Assembly: GCA_965228735.1 (NCBI GenBank)
Contig: OZ245838.1
Span: forward strand, 2,496,001-2,560,000
DNA length: 64,000 nt
From: Planctomycetota bacterium
Lineage (GTDB): Bacteria > Planctomycetota > UBA1135 > UBA2386
Direction of reading: 5' to 3'
Of this stretch, positions 1-11,800 are shown piece by piece (the first letter of the stretch is position 1; every line of letters begins with the position of its first letter). The notes under the pieces are model-generated. The model searched no databases. It was not told where the DNA came from and worked only from the letters and a program-made list of their open reading frames with translations. The position numbers and the translations under genes were made by a program.

Positions 1-2
1 AG

Positions 3-395
3 GACCTGGGCCAACGCGTCATCCGCCACGCCAGGACGACGGAGGTCGCGGCCGATCTGCGCGAGACGACGCGTATCCTGCGCCTCAGCGTGCTGGACGA
101 GCGGGGCGAGCCGATCATGCCGGCACGCGCGACGGTCGTCGGATCGCCGGATGCCCCGTTCTCGCACCGGCCCGTGAAGATCGCCGGCAACCACCGCTGG
201 CTCATCACGCTGCCCGTGCTCGCCGGCGCGGTCGACGTCGAGCTGCCCTGCGCCATGAGGAAGGGCCGCCCGCGGTTCGGTACGGGCCCTGACACGATCG
301 TCGTCCGCGGGATCGAAGGCGACGCCGTGCTGACCCTGCGCGAACCGAAGGCCGCCGGCGAATCCTGGACCTTCGCCGTGCGACCGCTGCGCTGA
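3..395 (+). CDS. 3' end of a protein running in from the left edge, possibly carboxypeptidase-regulatory-like/beta-sandwich
   Basis: Frame open from base 3 (DLGQRVIRH...LRLSVLDERGEP) to TGA 395; the 'VLDERGEP' pattern resembles the repeats in the 24462 and 31958 proteins. Confidence 0.55.
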   Translation, partial: DLGQRVIRHARTTEVAADLRETTRILRLSVLDERGEPIMPARATVVGSPDAPFSHRPVKIAGNHRWLITLPVLAGAVDVELPCAMRKGRPRFGTGPDTIVVRGIEGDAVLTLREPKAAGESWTFAVRPLR

Positions 396-408
396 CGGCG
401 AGTCGCAC

Positions 409-492
409 TCAGCTGCCGATCGAGCCGTTCGAATCGAGCACCCACGGTTCGCTGCCCTGCGCGCCGTCGTTCGCGGCGAAGAACACCCGAAC
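409..492 (-). pseudogene. Remnant of one ELWxxDGT-type repeat
   Basis: Translates RVFFAANDGAQGSEPWVLD, close to RVFFRADDGVQGSEPWVLA near 11512-11570; 435-460 is the exact reverse complement of 11542-11567. Confidence 0.55.
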
Positions 493-628
493 AGGTATTG
501 CATCGGGGACTCCGGCGCGCCGCATGACCCCGACCGTTCGGAGCGACCAGGCGGCGACGTTCCGTGTCCCCGAGCGGACCCGGCGCCCGGCTGTCACGGT
601 CGGGCTGCAGAAAACCGGGCCGGGCGCC

Positions 629-2026
629 TCAGAGCGCCCCGACGACGCCGGCGATCGCGTTCGTGCTCTTGATCGCCGTCAACGCGACGCCGCTGATCTC
701 CAACGCGATCATCTGACCGTTGAGCATCAGCCCCGAGAACGACGGATCGTTCGGGATCGGAAACGCGTACGTCGACTGGCCGCCCGTCGGGAACAGCAGC
801 TGGATCGCGTCGGTCGTGACGAGCAGGTCGCAACCGGGGCCCGCCGCCGGGTGGAACGTGCTGAGCGGGGTCGACTGCGTGCCGAACCCGAAGACCATCG
901 CGCCGACCGCTCCCGCCGCGAACCCCGACCCGGTCAGGCTCCACGTGCGACTGGTCCATGGCCGCGAGTCGGACGCCAACGTCATGCCACCACAGCCAGC
1001 ACCATTCGCCGTCCCCGACGCGACGACGTCGGCCTGATAGTCGTACGTGTTGGTCGGCACGAGGTTGCCCTGGCCGCTGACCTTGACGGTGGTCTCGAGC
1101 GCCGACACGTAGGCCAGGAAGTAGCGGCTGAAGTAGCCGAGGCCGGGGCGGATCACCCAGTCATTGGTCAGGGTGTCGAACTCGGAAACGCCGTTGAACT
1201 GGTTGGCCGGCGTGCCGCCGTTCCCCGATGGCATCACGACGCGCTGCCGCAGCTCGTCGTAGGTCGCGCCGTTGGCGACGACGCCCTGCGGGTCGGTCGC
1301 GGTCGGGATCAGCGTCCAGTCGTTGCCGTTCCAGCTGTGCACGTCGCGCCGCCACTTGGCTGGCACCGGAAGCGACGCGTCCTGCCCGCCGATGAGCAGC
1401 ACGTCACCGACGTCGGGCCGCGTCACGAGGTGATGCTGCCGGCGCGTCGACGGGACGACGGTCGGCGCCGACTGCACCCACGCTGCGCCGCCGAAGAGCA
1501 GCCACGTGTCGTTGAGGTGCGTGTTCGAGCCGTCGAGGCCGCCGAACATCACGATGCCGTTCGTCGCGGGGTCGAACGCGATCGACGTGAAGCGCCGGGC
1601 GGGCGGACTCGCTGCCGGTGTCACGTTGGTCCACGCGTTGGTGCCGGGATCCCACTCCCAGAGGTCGCCGAGGACGGCGCCGGCCGCGTCCGCGCCGCCG
1701 TAGACGACGAGCTTGTTGCGCGTCGGATCCCACGTGACGCCGGCCTGATGCCGCGGGGGCGGCGAACCGGCCGCGAGGTTCGCGGTCATCTGGGTCCACG
1801 CCGCACCGTCGAAGCGCCACAGGTCGTTCATGCGCGAGCCGCCGGAGTTGCCGGACGTGCCGCCGAACACGTACATGAACGTGCCATCGGTCGCCCCGGG
1901 ATTCTCGCGCCGCAACGGCGGCTCGGTGCCGCCGGTGTTCAAGAGGTTCCAGTCGGGGGCCGGAGCCTGGGCGAAGGCGAGGCCAGAGGTCAGAATGGCG
2001 AGAGCGGTGGTGGAGAGGATTCGCAT
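629..2026 (-). CDS. Secreted Kelch-repeat beta-propeller protein with shared C-terminal domain
   Basis: Signal peptide MRILSTTALAILTSGLAFAQ; repeated FGG/YGG...DLW/DTW Kelch motifs; GAGC...PGC...STNAIAGVVGAL tail. Confidence 0.85.
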   Translation of the reverse strand: MRILSTTALAILTSGLAFAQAPAPDWNLLNTGGTEPPLRRENPGATDGTFMYVFGGTSGNSGGSRMNDLWRFDGAAWTQMTANLAAGSPPPRHQAGVTWDPTRNKLVVYGGADAAGAVLGDLWEWDPGTNAWTNVTPAASPPARRFTSIAFDPATNGIVMFGGLDGSNTHLNDTWLLFGGAAWVQSAPTVVPSTRRQHHLVTRPDVGDVLLIGGQDASLPVPAKWRRDVHSWNGNDWTLIPTATDPQGVVANGATYDELRQRVVMPSGNGGTPANQFNGVSEFDTLTNDWVIRPGLGYFSRYFLAYVSALETTVKVSGQGNLVPTNTYDYQADVVASGTANGAGCGGMTLASDSRPWTSRTWSLTGSGFAAGAVGAMVFGFGTQSTPLSTFHPAAGPGCDLLVTTDAIQLLFPTGGQSTYAFPIPNDPSFSGLMLNGQMIALEISGVALTAIKSTNAIAGVVGAL

Positions 2027-2293
2027 CGATCAGGCTCGGCACGTGACAGAAGTGCGGCCAGCCGCGAAAACCGTCACGCGGCTGCCAACTTCCTACCCTA
2101 CGGCCCGCGGGCGTTCGGGTACCCCGCCCCGCGGTCGCATTCTCGTCGCTTCCGCCGCAGATGCGGTTCGACGGATCGCCGGTGCGCGCAACCTCGTGTG
2201 CCCCAGGCATGGCCCGCCAGGCGTCGGCGGTCTTGCCGGTGAGCAGAAATCGTGAACCGGTCCGGCCTTTCGCGCCCACCATGTTCCTTGGCG

Positions 2294-2650
2294 ATGTCAC
2301 CCCTGCCCGACGACCAAGCGCTGACCTCGCACTTCGACCTCGCCCATCGACTCGCGGCGAGCCTGGTCGGCGAAAGCGACGCCGACGACCAGGTTCAGGA
2401 CGCCTACGTCGCCGCGCTCGAGCGACGGCCGTGGGCCGGCGCCGACGATCCGGGCGCGAGCGCGGTGGACGGACCGCGGCTGTTCCGACTCTACGTCGAG
2501 CACGACTACGAACCGGTCTATTTCTCGCAGGCCGTTCGACCACAGGTGCGAGCGGAGAAGCGCGCGCCACCGTGGGCCGCTCTGGCGTCTGGTCCTCGGG
2601 TCGCCAACGCGCTGCGCCTGGCTGCCCTCTGCATCGACGCGACCCGCTGA
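2294..2650 (+). pseudogene. Truncated ECF sigma-factor N-terminus fused to unrelated sequence
   Basis: LAHRLAASLVGESDADDQVQDAYVAALERRP matches the start of sigma region 2 (cf. LARRLVDDAEDAADIVQETL at 34402); no region 4 follows. Confidence 0.5.
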
Positions 2651-2691
2651 GCCGGCTGGCTACAGCGGCTCCGGTTCGCGATACTGCAGCC

Positions 2692-2985
2692 ATGACCGCG
2701 CCCGACTCGGATCGTCCGAACATCATCGAGTACAACGACGACGGCACGTTCACGAAGGAGACGCTCAAGCGCGCAATGAAGGCGCTGAAGAAGCGGCTCA
2801 AGCTGCACCGCCTCGACGAGGAGTCGCGCCTCGGCCACAACGCGATGACCGGCGGGCAACGTTCGGGCATCGTCGCCGTCAAGCCGCCGGAGCAATACCC
2901 GTTGCCGGTCTGGGAAGCGCTCGAGGCGAAAGGCCGCGTGCGTCTCGACCGCAACGGCCTCTGCGAGATCGTGCCGGAGTCGTAG
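2692..2985 (+). CDS. Small basic hypothetical protein (97 aa)
   Basis: ATG 2692; typical codon usage; MTAPDSDRPNIIEYNDDGTFTKETLKRAMKALKKRLKLHRLDEES. Confidence 0.75.
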   Translation: MTAPDSDRPNIIEYNDDGTFTKETLKRAMKALKKRLKLHRLDEESRLGHNAMTGGQRSGIVAVKPPEQYPLPVWEALEAKGRVRLDRNGLCEIVPES

Positions 2986-3042
2986 TCGTGCCGTCGATGC
3001 CCGGGCAGTCGGCGCCCCGGGGGCCGCGAGTCGGGCGGCCGC

Positions 3043-3441
3043 TCAGAGCTTGTGCGGATTCCGGTTGCGGCACGACCGCAGCGAGCAACGGTCCGGGATC
3101 GTCTTCGTGCCCTCGACCATGAGCGCCCCGCACTTCTTGCCGCGGGTCACGTATCCGCACTTCTTGCCCGTCGGCCGCGCGTCGAAGAAGTGTTTGCAGG
3201 CAGGTTTGTTGAGGCACTTCCAGACCGGACCGAAGCGACCCTTCGTGGCCTGGAAGCCCTTGTGACCGCACTCGGGACACTTCACGAGAACGGGTTCGAG
3301 ATCGGCCTTGCTGTAGTTGCCGCTCACGAAACGCTCCGCCGTGGTCGCAGGCCGGGTCGCCGTGCTCTTGGCCGCCGCCTTCTTCGAGCCGGCCTTCCTC
3401 TGGCCGACTCTCTTCTTGGTCGTGCTCTTCCGCGCTGCCAT
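3043..3441 (-). CDS. Stand-alone topoisomerase-I-type C4 zinc-ribbon protein with Lys/Arg-rich N-tail
   Basis: CPECG...[16 protein letters not shown] and KKCGALMVE...RCSLRSC ribbons; N-terminus [26 protein letters not shown]. Confidence 0.8.
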   Translation of the reverse strand: MAARKSTTKKRVGQRKAGSKKAAAKSTATRPATTAERFVSGNYSKADLEPVLVKCPECGHKGFQATKGRFGPVWKCLNKPACKHFFDARPTGKKCGYVTRGKKCGALMVEGTKTIPDRCSLRSCRNRNPHKL

Positions 3442-3473
3442 GGCGGGATCGTATCCGCCCACCGCGGCAACCG

Positions 3474-5063
<1,590 letters not shown>

Positions 5064-5109
5064 CCGCAGCCGAACGGCGGCAATTTCGCCGAACTCACCG
5101 CCCGCACCA

Positions 5110-5231
5110 GCCCCGCGCAGCGACCAAACAATCGCCCCGCGCAGCGACCAAACAACCGCCCCGCGCAGCGATCAACCAATCGCCCCGCGCAGCGGCGTAC
5201 CAGCTGCCCCGGACGCAGCGACCTACCAATT
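5110..5231. repeat. Five degenerate 24-bp tandem repeats (core GCCCCGCGCAGCG)
   Basis: Units start at 5110, 5134, 5158, 5182 and 5206; the last has a 2-bp insertion and overlaps the RRM gene stop. Confidence 0.9.
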
Positions 5232-5549
5232 CTCGCGATGACGGCCGCCACCGCCGCCGTGACGGCCACCGCCGCCGCCGCCGCCGCCGCCGCGCGGCTG
5301 ACGTTCCTGCGCTTCGTTCACGCGCAGGTCGCGCCCGTCGAGGTTGGCGCCGTTCAGCGCTTCGATCGCCGCCTGGGCGTCCGCCGCGGTGGCCATCTCG
5401 ACGAACGCGAAGCCGCGCGATTGCCCGGTGTCGCGGTCCAGCATGAGCTTGACCTCGCGCACCTGGCGGGAGTCCTTCTCGAACTCCGCCTTCAGGGTGT
5501 CTTCGGTCGTCTGGTAGGAGAGGTTGCCGACGTAAAGTCTGGTCGTCAT
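5223..5549 (-). CDS. RRM (RNP-1) RNA-binding protein with Gly-rich tail
   Basis: RNP2 LYVGNL, RNP1 [17 protein letters not shown] followed by poly-Gly. Confidence 0.95.
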   Translation of the reverse strand: MTTRLYVGNLSYQTTEDTLKAEFEKDSRQVREVKLMLDRDTGQSRGFAFVEMATAADAQAAIEALNGANLDGRDLRVNEAQERQPRGGGGGGGGGRHGGGGGRHRENW

Positions 5550-5564
5550 CGAACTGTATCAGTA

Positions 5565-5708
5565 CTCGAATCCAGGTTGCCGCAGCTTCGAGACCGAGTG
5601 CCGTCGCCAACGCAGCAACGGTGCGACACCCGGGAGCCGGACGAATCCGACGCTCGGTAGTCCAGGTCGGACGACACCGAGCGGCCTGCGGCCTTCGGGG
5701 CCCCAGGC
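5565..5708 (-). promoter_or_regulatory. Putative structured 5' leader of the RRM gene
   Basis: Five adjacent hairpins: 5565-5592, 5594-5633, 5638-5649 (UUCG loop on - strand), 5651-5683, 5684-5708. Confidence 0.45.
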
Positions 5709-5985
5709 GCCACCGCGCGATCACGCGAGATCGATGGGCCGCGAACACGACAGGGCGGCGATTCGGCCGCCCGCCGGTTCGAGCAGCGGCGGACGGTAGC
5801 CGAACGAACGCCGCGGCGCCAGAGCGGCAGATTTTCTCCCGCCCCCCGGCCCTCCGGGGCACCGCTGCCGAATCCGCTCGCCCGCCTCGTGGTTGCCGCC
5901 CCACCCGAAGCCGCGTGGAGCAACCCGATCTGGCGCCTCGGCCCGACCTCCGCCGGCACGCTTGCTCATCCGGACCTACTGAGCT

Positions 5986-6909
5986 TCACCGCCGGACCGG
6001 CTGACCGCCGGTCCCGGCCTTCTTCGGCGGCTTGCCACCGCCGTCCCGAGCGCCGCCGGCCCGCAACTCCGCGACCCGCGGCGCCGGCTTCTCGCGCTTC
6101 TTGCCGGCGAAGAACGCGAACAGGTCGTCGATCATCTCGGGGTTCCGCGCGATCGCGCGCACGTGGTCGCCACCCTCGATCTCGCGGTACTCGTGCTCGA
6201 TCTCACGCTCCTTCATCGCGTCGACCCAGCGCCGCACGATCTCCACGCGCACGAGCCGGTCCTTGTCGCCGGTCACGACGAACACGGGCAGGCCCTTCAT
6301 CGAGTCGAGCCGCGAAGTATCCCGATCGAGCGCGGGGGCGAGCGGCGCGAGGCCGGCCCAGAGCGCCGGATACTTCGAGCCGAGGTAGACGGTGCCAGCG
6401 CCCCCCATCGAGTGACCCATGAGGTAGATGCGCTGCGGGTCGATCACGAACTCACCGCGCACGATCTCGAGGACGTTGAGCACGTCCTGTTCGCTGAGCT
6501 CGCCGAGATTGTCGGGATCCTTGCGGTTCCCGAAGAACGCGCCCTTCTTGCCGGGGCCGCGGGCGCCGTACCAACCGCGACTGTTGTAGCCGTAGGGCGC
6601 GACGACCAGACAACCGCGCGACTCGGCCGCCTTCGTGATGCCGGCGTAGCGCATGACCTGCTGCGGATTGCTGCCCAGGCCGTGCAGCAGCACGACGAGC
6701 GGCGCCGGCGCCTTGCTCTCGTAGCCCTTCGGCACGTAGAGCGCGTACTCCTGGTCGCGGTCGGCAGCGTCGAAGCGATAGGTCCGCTTGACGATCTCGC
6801 CGCGTGGAGTCGACGCGCGTTCTTCCGCCTCCGCGGTCTGGGCCGCGAGCGGCGTGAGCAGGGCGAAGGCGGCGAACCGGAGAAGGCGACGGACGGAGGT
6901 CAGTGACAC
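5986..6909 (-). CDS. Secreted alpha/beta hydrolase (esterase/PHB-depolymerase-like)
   Basis: PLVVLLHGLG, nucleophile elbow GHSMGG, GDKD, GGDH; signal peptide after GTG 6909. Confidence 0.85.
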   Translation of the reverse strand: MSLTSVRRLLRFAAFALLTPLAAQTAEAEERASTPRGEIVKRTYRFDAADRDQEYALYVPKGYESKAPAPLVVLLHGLGSNPQQVMRYAGITKAAESRGCLVVAPYGYNSRGWYGARGPGKKGAFFGNRKDPDNLGELSEQDVLNVLEIVRGEFVIDPQRIYLMGHSMGGAGTVYLGSKYPALWAGLAPLAPALDRDTSRLDSMKGLPVFVVTGDKDRLVRVEIVRRWVDAMKEREIEHEYREIEGGDHVRAIARNPEMIDDLFAFFAGKKREKPAPRVAELRAGGARDGGGKPPKKAGTGGQPVRR

Positions 6910-6941
6910 ATGGCCATTGTGAGCGATCGTCGCCCCCCGCG

Positions 6942-8693
6942 CTACGTCCCGACCACGGCCGCGAGCCCGCCGGTCGTCACGAGGCCGAGCGGGTTGTTCG
7001 GCGCGCTCGGGTCGAACACGAACCAGCCGTGCAGGAGCGTGAGCTCCATCAGCGCCAGGGAGAACGGGATCGTCGTCGGCGAGGCCGCGGTTCCCGTCGA
7101 GTCGGTGACGACACCGATCTGGGCGTCGAGCGACAGCCACTGCGTGCAGCCGGGCCCGGCTCCCCACGGGGCCAGGAACCGCGGCAACGGCTGGCCGAGG
7201 TAGGTGGTGTGCGACCAACCGGAGGCGAGGATCGCGAACGTCCCGGCCGGGGCGCCCTGCAGCTCGGGACGATAGGTCGCGCCGAACGCTGGCCGCCCCG
7301 AACACCGGACCGTCGGCACCCCCGCGCTGCCGACGCAGCCACTGCCGAACGGCACGCACCGGCCGTCCGGCGACCGGCGGTTGGCGATCTCGCCGAGCAA
7401 CGCCGCGTGGTTCTGCTGCTCGCTCGGGGTCATCGTTCCGGCCAGCAGGTTCTGGGTCTCCCACGGATCAGTGACGAGGTCGTAGAACCGATCGGCGTTG
7501 CCGCCGTACCAGTGAATCAGCTTGTAGCGGTCGTTGCGGATCGTCGCGTGGCCGTTGGTGTTGGGCGCCGGCCAGGCATCGCCGGTGAACTGCTCGGTGT
7601 AGGCGAAGGTGCGCAGCGGCGACTGCTGCGGATCGGTGAGGTACGGGACGAGGCTCACACCGTCCGTCGCCACCCACGGCGGCAGCGCCGATCCCGCACC
7701 CGTGAGCTCGAGCACGGTCGCGAACACGTCGACGGCGCACGTCAGCGCCGTCACCTCGCGACCCGGACTCACCGTCGCCGGCCCGCGATAGATCAGCGGC
7801 ACGTTGATCCCGCCTTCGTACGGTGTGCCCTTCGCCCGCGACGGGTCGAACGGCGCCACGGCCATGTTCTGTACCGAACCGTTGTCGCCGAGGAAGAGGA
7901 CGTGCGTGTTCGCGAGCGTGGCCGGACCGAGCGTCTGCAGCAGTCGGCCGAGCTCCGTGTCCATCGCCTCGATCATCGCGCGGTATCGATCGCGGTTGCT
8001 CGTCGTCGAGGTCTGGGTGTGCAGGTTGCTCGGCGGGACGTGGAACGGGATGTGCGGCGCGTTGTAGGCCAGGTAGCAGAACCACGGCCCGGACTGACCC
8101 TGGATCCAGGCGAGCGCGTCATCCGTCGTCTTGGTGGTGGCGTACGTCGTCTCCGTCTGTTCGATCCCGTTCTCGACCCGGGGCCAGGCCGTGAAGCTCG
8201 GGAGCTGGCCCCGCAACGCGCCGGTGTAGACATCGAAGCCACCGAACGTGATCGGCGCCGCGTTGCCGAACGAGACGTCGTGCAGGTGCCACTTGCCGAT
8301 GCACGCGTGGCCATGCCCCGTCCCCGCGCGATCCAGCAGGTCGGGCACGGTCCACTCCTCGTCGCGCAGCGTGCCGATCGCCGGGTTGCTGTTGCCGGGA
8401 TGGCGAATCCAGCGCCCCACGAGCGTCCGGTACGGGTGCCGACCCGTGAGGATCGCGGCGCGCGCCGGCGAACAGCTCGGGTAGGCCCAGGTGTTGCGAA
8501 ACAACACGCCCTGCTGCGCCAGCGAGTCGATCGTCGGCGTCGGCGGCGCGTTGTTGCCCTCGCCGTAGCCCGCGACGTAGTCGACGCCGAGGTCGTCCGC
8601 GAGCACGACGAGCACGTTGCTCTGCGCCCGCACGCCGCCGAGCAGCAACGCGAGCGCGAGGATCGGGCCCAAGACCGTGGTGGATCGGGGCAT
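6942..8693 (-). CDS. Secreted Cys-type sulfatase with shared C-terminal domain
   Basis: NVLVVLADDLG, CSPARAAILTG, GKWHL, GDNG, KGTPYEGG; tail FGSGC...PGC...TGGLAAVVGT. Confidence 0.92.
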   Translation of the reverse strand: MPRSTTVLGPILALALLLGGVRAQSNVLVVLADDLGVDYVAGYGEGNNAPPTPTIDSLAQQGVLFRNTWAYPSCSPARAAILTGRHPYRTLVGRWIRHPGNSNPAIGTLRDEEWTVPDLLDRAGTGHGHACIGKWHLHDVSFGNAAPITFGGFDVYTGALRGQLPSFTAWPRVENGIEQTETTYATTKTTDDALAWIQGQSGPWFCYLAYNAPHIPFHVPPSNLHTQTSTTSNRDRYRAMIEAMDTELGRLLQTLGPATLANTHVLFLGDNGSVQNMAVAPFDPSRAKGTPYEGGINVPLIYRGPATVSPGREVTALTCAVDVFATVLELTGAGSALPPWVATDGVSLVPYLTDPQQSPLRTFAYTEQFTGDAWPAPNTNGHATIRNDRYKLIHWYGGNADRFYDLVTDPWETQNLLAGTMTPSEQQNHAALLGEIANRRSPDGRCVPFGSGCVGSAGVPTVRCSGRPAFGATYRPELQGAPAGTFAILASGWSHTTYLGQPLPRFLAPWGAGPGCTQWLSLDAQIGVVTDSTGTAASPTTIPFSLALMELTLLHGWFVFDPSAPNNPLGLVTTGGLAAVVGT

Positions 8694-8881
8694 GGTTGTC
8701 GGGGGATCTGGGTTGGCGTCGCCACCGGTGGGTCGAGACCGCCACGATCCTCGATGGCGCGGGAGCCGTGCAAGTGGCCTTCGCCGATTCAGCGCTCGCG
8801 GCCAACGCGCTGCTCACACCGCAGCGCAACCCGGGCCGAAATCGCTGTCCGCAGCGTCGCGGCCGTGGCGCTCCGGAGCGC

Positions 8882-11800
8882 ATGGAATCGCTCCGCTGCC
8901 GCCACCGTTCGCCGTTGACCGCCGCTGCCGCGGTCGCGGGCTTCGCACTCACCGCCAACGCACCCGTGACGGGTCAGTCGATCGTGACCAACCTGCAGGC
9001 GACCGCCAACTTCAACCAGACTGCGAGCAGCGGGATCGAGGAGTTCGTGCGGGCCGGCGGCCGCGTGTTCTTCGCGGCGACCGGGCAGCACGGCCGCGAA
9101 CTGTGGGTCAGCGACGGCACGCCCGCGGGCACGCGGGTCACGCTCGACATCCGCACGGGCAGCGACCACAGCGACCCGACGGACCTCGCGCCCATTGGCA
9201 ACTCGGTGGTGTTTGCGGCGTCAGCCGACGGGCTCGGGCGCGAGCTCTGGATCTCCGACGGCACGCCCGCCGGGACCGGGCTCGTCCGTGACATCAACCC
9301 GGGCGGCGGCAGCAGCAACGTGCGCTACATCGCATCGCGCGGCAGCACGGCGCTGTTCGTCGCGAACAACGGCGTGACCGGGAACGAGATCTGGCGCACG
9401 GACGGGACCGAGGCCGGCACGTATCTCGTCGTCGACATCGTCGGCGGCCCGGGAACGGCCGACCCGCGCGATCTCGTCACGGCCGGCAGCCTCGTGTACT
9501 TCACGGCGGCGTCGCCGGGCAACGGCCGCGAGCTCTGGCGCACGAACGGCTCCCCGGCCGGCACGTTCCGGATCGCGGACCTGTCACCCGGCACGTCGTC
9601 GTCGAACCCGACCGACCTCGTGCCGTTCGGTAGCGGCCTGCTGTTCGTCGCCGACGACGGCACGCACGGCGACGAGCTCTTTCTCACCGACGGCCAGACG
9701 ATCACGCTGCTCGCCGACGTGCGCCCAGGGCCGACGTCGTCGCAACCCCGCGATCTCGCGGCAGGCACGACCAGGGCGTTCTTCACGGCCGACGACGGCA
9801 GCAGCGGCCGCGAGCTTTGGTGCACGGACGGCACGCCCGCGGGCACGCACCTCGTGACCGACATCCGCGCGGGCGCGATCTCGTCCAACCCCGGCGAACT
9901 GCGCGCGATCGGCGACACCGTCTGGTTCGCCGCGCACGACGGCGTGAACGGGCTCGAACCCTGGCGCTCCGACGGCACGCCCGCCGGCACGCACCTCGTG
10001 GCCGACGTCCGCAGCTCCGGCAGCTCGTCGCCGACCGATTTCGTCGCGGTCGGCAGCGAGGTCTGGTTCTCGGCGTTCGACAACGGCGTCGGACGCGAGG
10101 TGTTCCGCTCCGACGGCACGAGCGTCGGCACCTCGATCGTCATCGACTTCCTCGGCGTGCAGTCGAGCAGCCCCGCGGACCTGATCCCCTACCAGCCCAA
10201 TGGCGCCAACCCCGGCGTGCTGTGCACCGGCCTCGACCAGGGCACCGGGCGCGAGCTGTTCTTCGTCGACGGCACGCCCGCGTGGAGCGGTCTCGTGCGC
10301 GATCTGCGACCGGCCGTCGGCCGCTCCGAACCGCGCGACTTCGTCGCCCTGCCCGGCGGTGCCGCGTTCATCGCACTGGATTCGACCCACGGCTCGGAGG
10401 TCCGATTCACGGACGGTACGCCCGCGGGAACGGCCACGGTCGACGTGATGCCGGGGACGGGCAGCTCGGTGCCGACGCACCTCGGCGCGGCCGGCAACCG
10501 CATCTTCTGGCAGGCCAACGACGGCACGAACGGGCGCGAGCTCTGGAGCGCGAGCGTCGCCGCACCGGCACCCATGATGCTGACGAACACGATCGGAGTG
10601 CAGGGCGTCGAACCCGAACAGATGACCGCGGCCGGCAACGTGATCGTCTTCACCGGGGTCTCCGGGCCCGGTCGCGAGCTGTGGACCTCGGACGGCACCG
10701 CCGCTGGCACGAGCCAACTCGTCGACCTCAACCCGGGGACGAGTTCGAGCAACCTGCAAGACCTGACGAGCGGCGGCGCTTTCGTCGCGGCGCGCGGCTA
10801 CGACGGCACCACCGGCGAGGAGTTGCACGTGACGGACGGCACGGTGGCGGGCACGCTGTCCTTCGACATTCGACCGGGGCCGCTCGGCTCGTCCCCCCGC
10901 TGGCTGACCCGGGCCGGCGACCGGGTCTGGTTCCGCGCCAACGACGGCAGCAACGGCGCCGAGCTCTGGGTCACCGACGGCACCGTCGCGGGCACCAAGC
11001 TCGTGCACGACATCAACCCCGGGCCGGCCAGCAGCGGCCCCGAGAACATCACCCCCGGTGGCGGCGGCGTGTTCTTCACCGCCGACGACGGCAACACCGG
11101 CCGCGAGCTGTGGTTCTCGGACGGCACCCCGTCCGGCACGCAGCTCGTCGTCAACGCGGCGACTGGCGCCCAGAGTTCGGTCTACCAACCGCTGCACGGC
11201 GCGGCCGGCGGCGTGTTCTTCGCGCGTGACACCGCTGCTGCCGGCGTCGAGCTGTGGTACTGCGACGGCAGCGGCGCCGGCAGTCCGACGATGGTGCGTG
11301 ACATCGCGCCCGGTCCGGCGGACGGCGTCGTGAAGGAATCACTCACGCCGATCCTCGGCGGCGCCCTGCTGCTGTTCGCGGCCAACGACCTGCAGAACGG
11401 TCTGCAGCTGTGGATCAGCGACGGCACCGCCCCGGGCACGACCCGGGTGTCGACGTTCGGCAACGGCGGCGCTGGCGCGGTCGAGCTCTCGGAGTTCCTC
11501 GCGGTCGGCTCGCGCGTGTTCTTCCGCGCCGACGACGGCGTGCAGGGCAGCGAACCGTGGGTGCTCGCGCTCGGCGCGAGCGGCGTCGCGTTCACGCTCG
11601 AGTACGGCACGGGGTGCGCGGGCATCGGCAACCCGGTGCCGGACATCGCGGCGAGCGGCGGCCTGCCGGTGCTCGGCAACGCCGGCTTCGGCGTCAGCCT
11701 GCACGGCGCGCCGCCGAGCGCGCTCGCGTTCCTCGTGTTCGGCTTCGCACCGGCGAGCGCGAGCCTCAACAACGCCTGCACGCGTTACATGCAGGTCCCG

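Noticed and set aside
5110..5231. CRISPR array
   Set aside because: Period is only 24 bp, the variable parts are 11 bp and similar to each other, and there are no cas genes
8882..11570. DNA repeats as a diversity-generating or mobile system
   Set aside because: Explained by protein-level ELWxxDGT repeats; no reverse transcriptase or recombinase in the window
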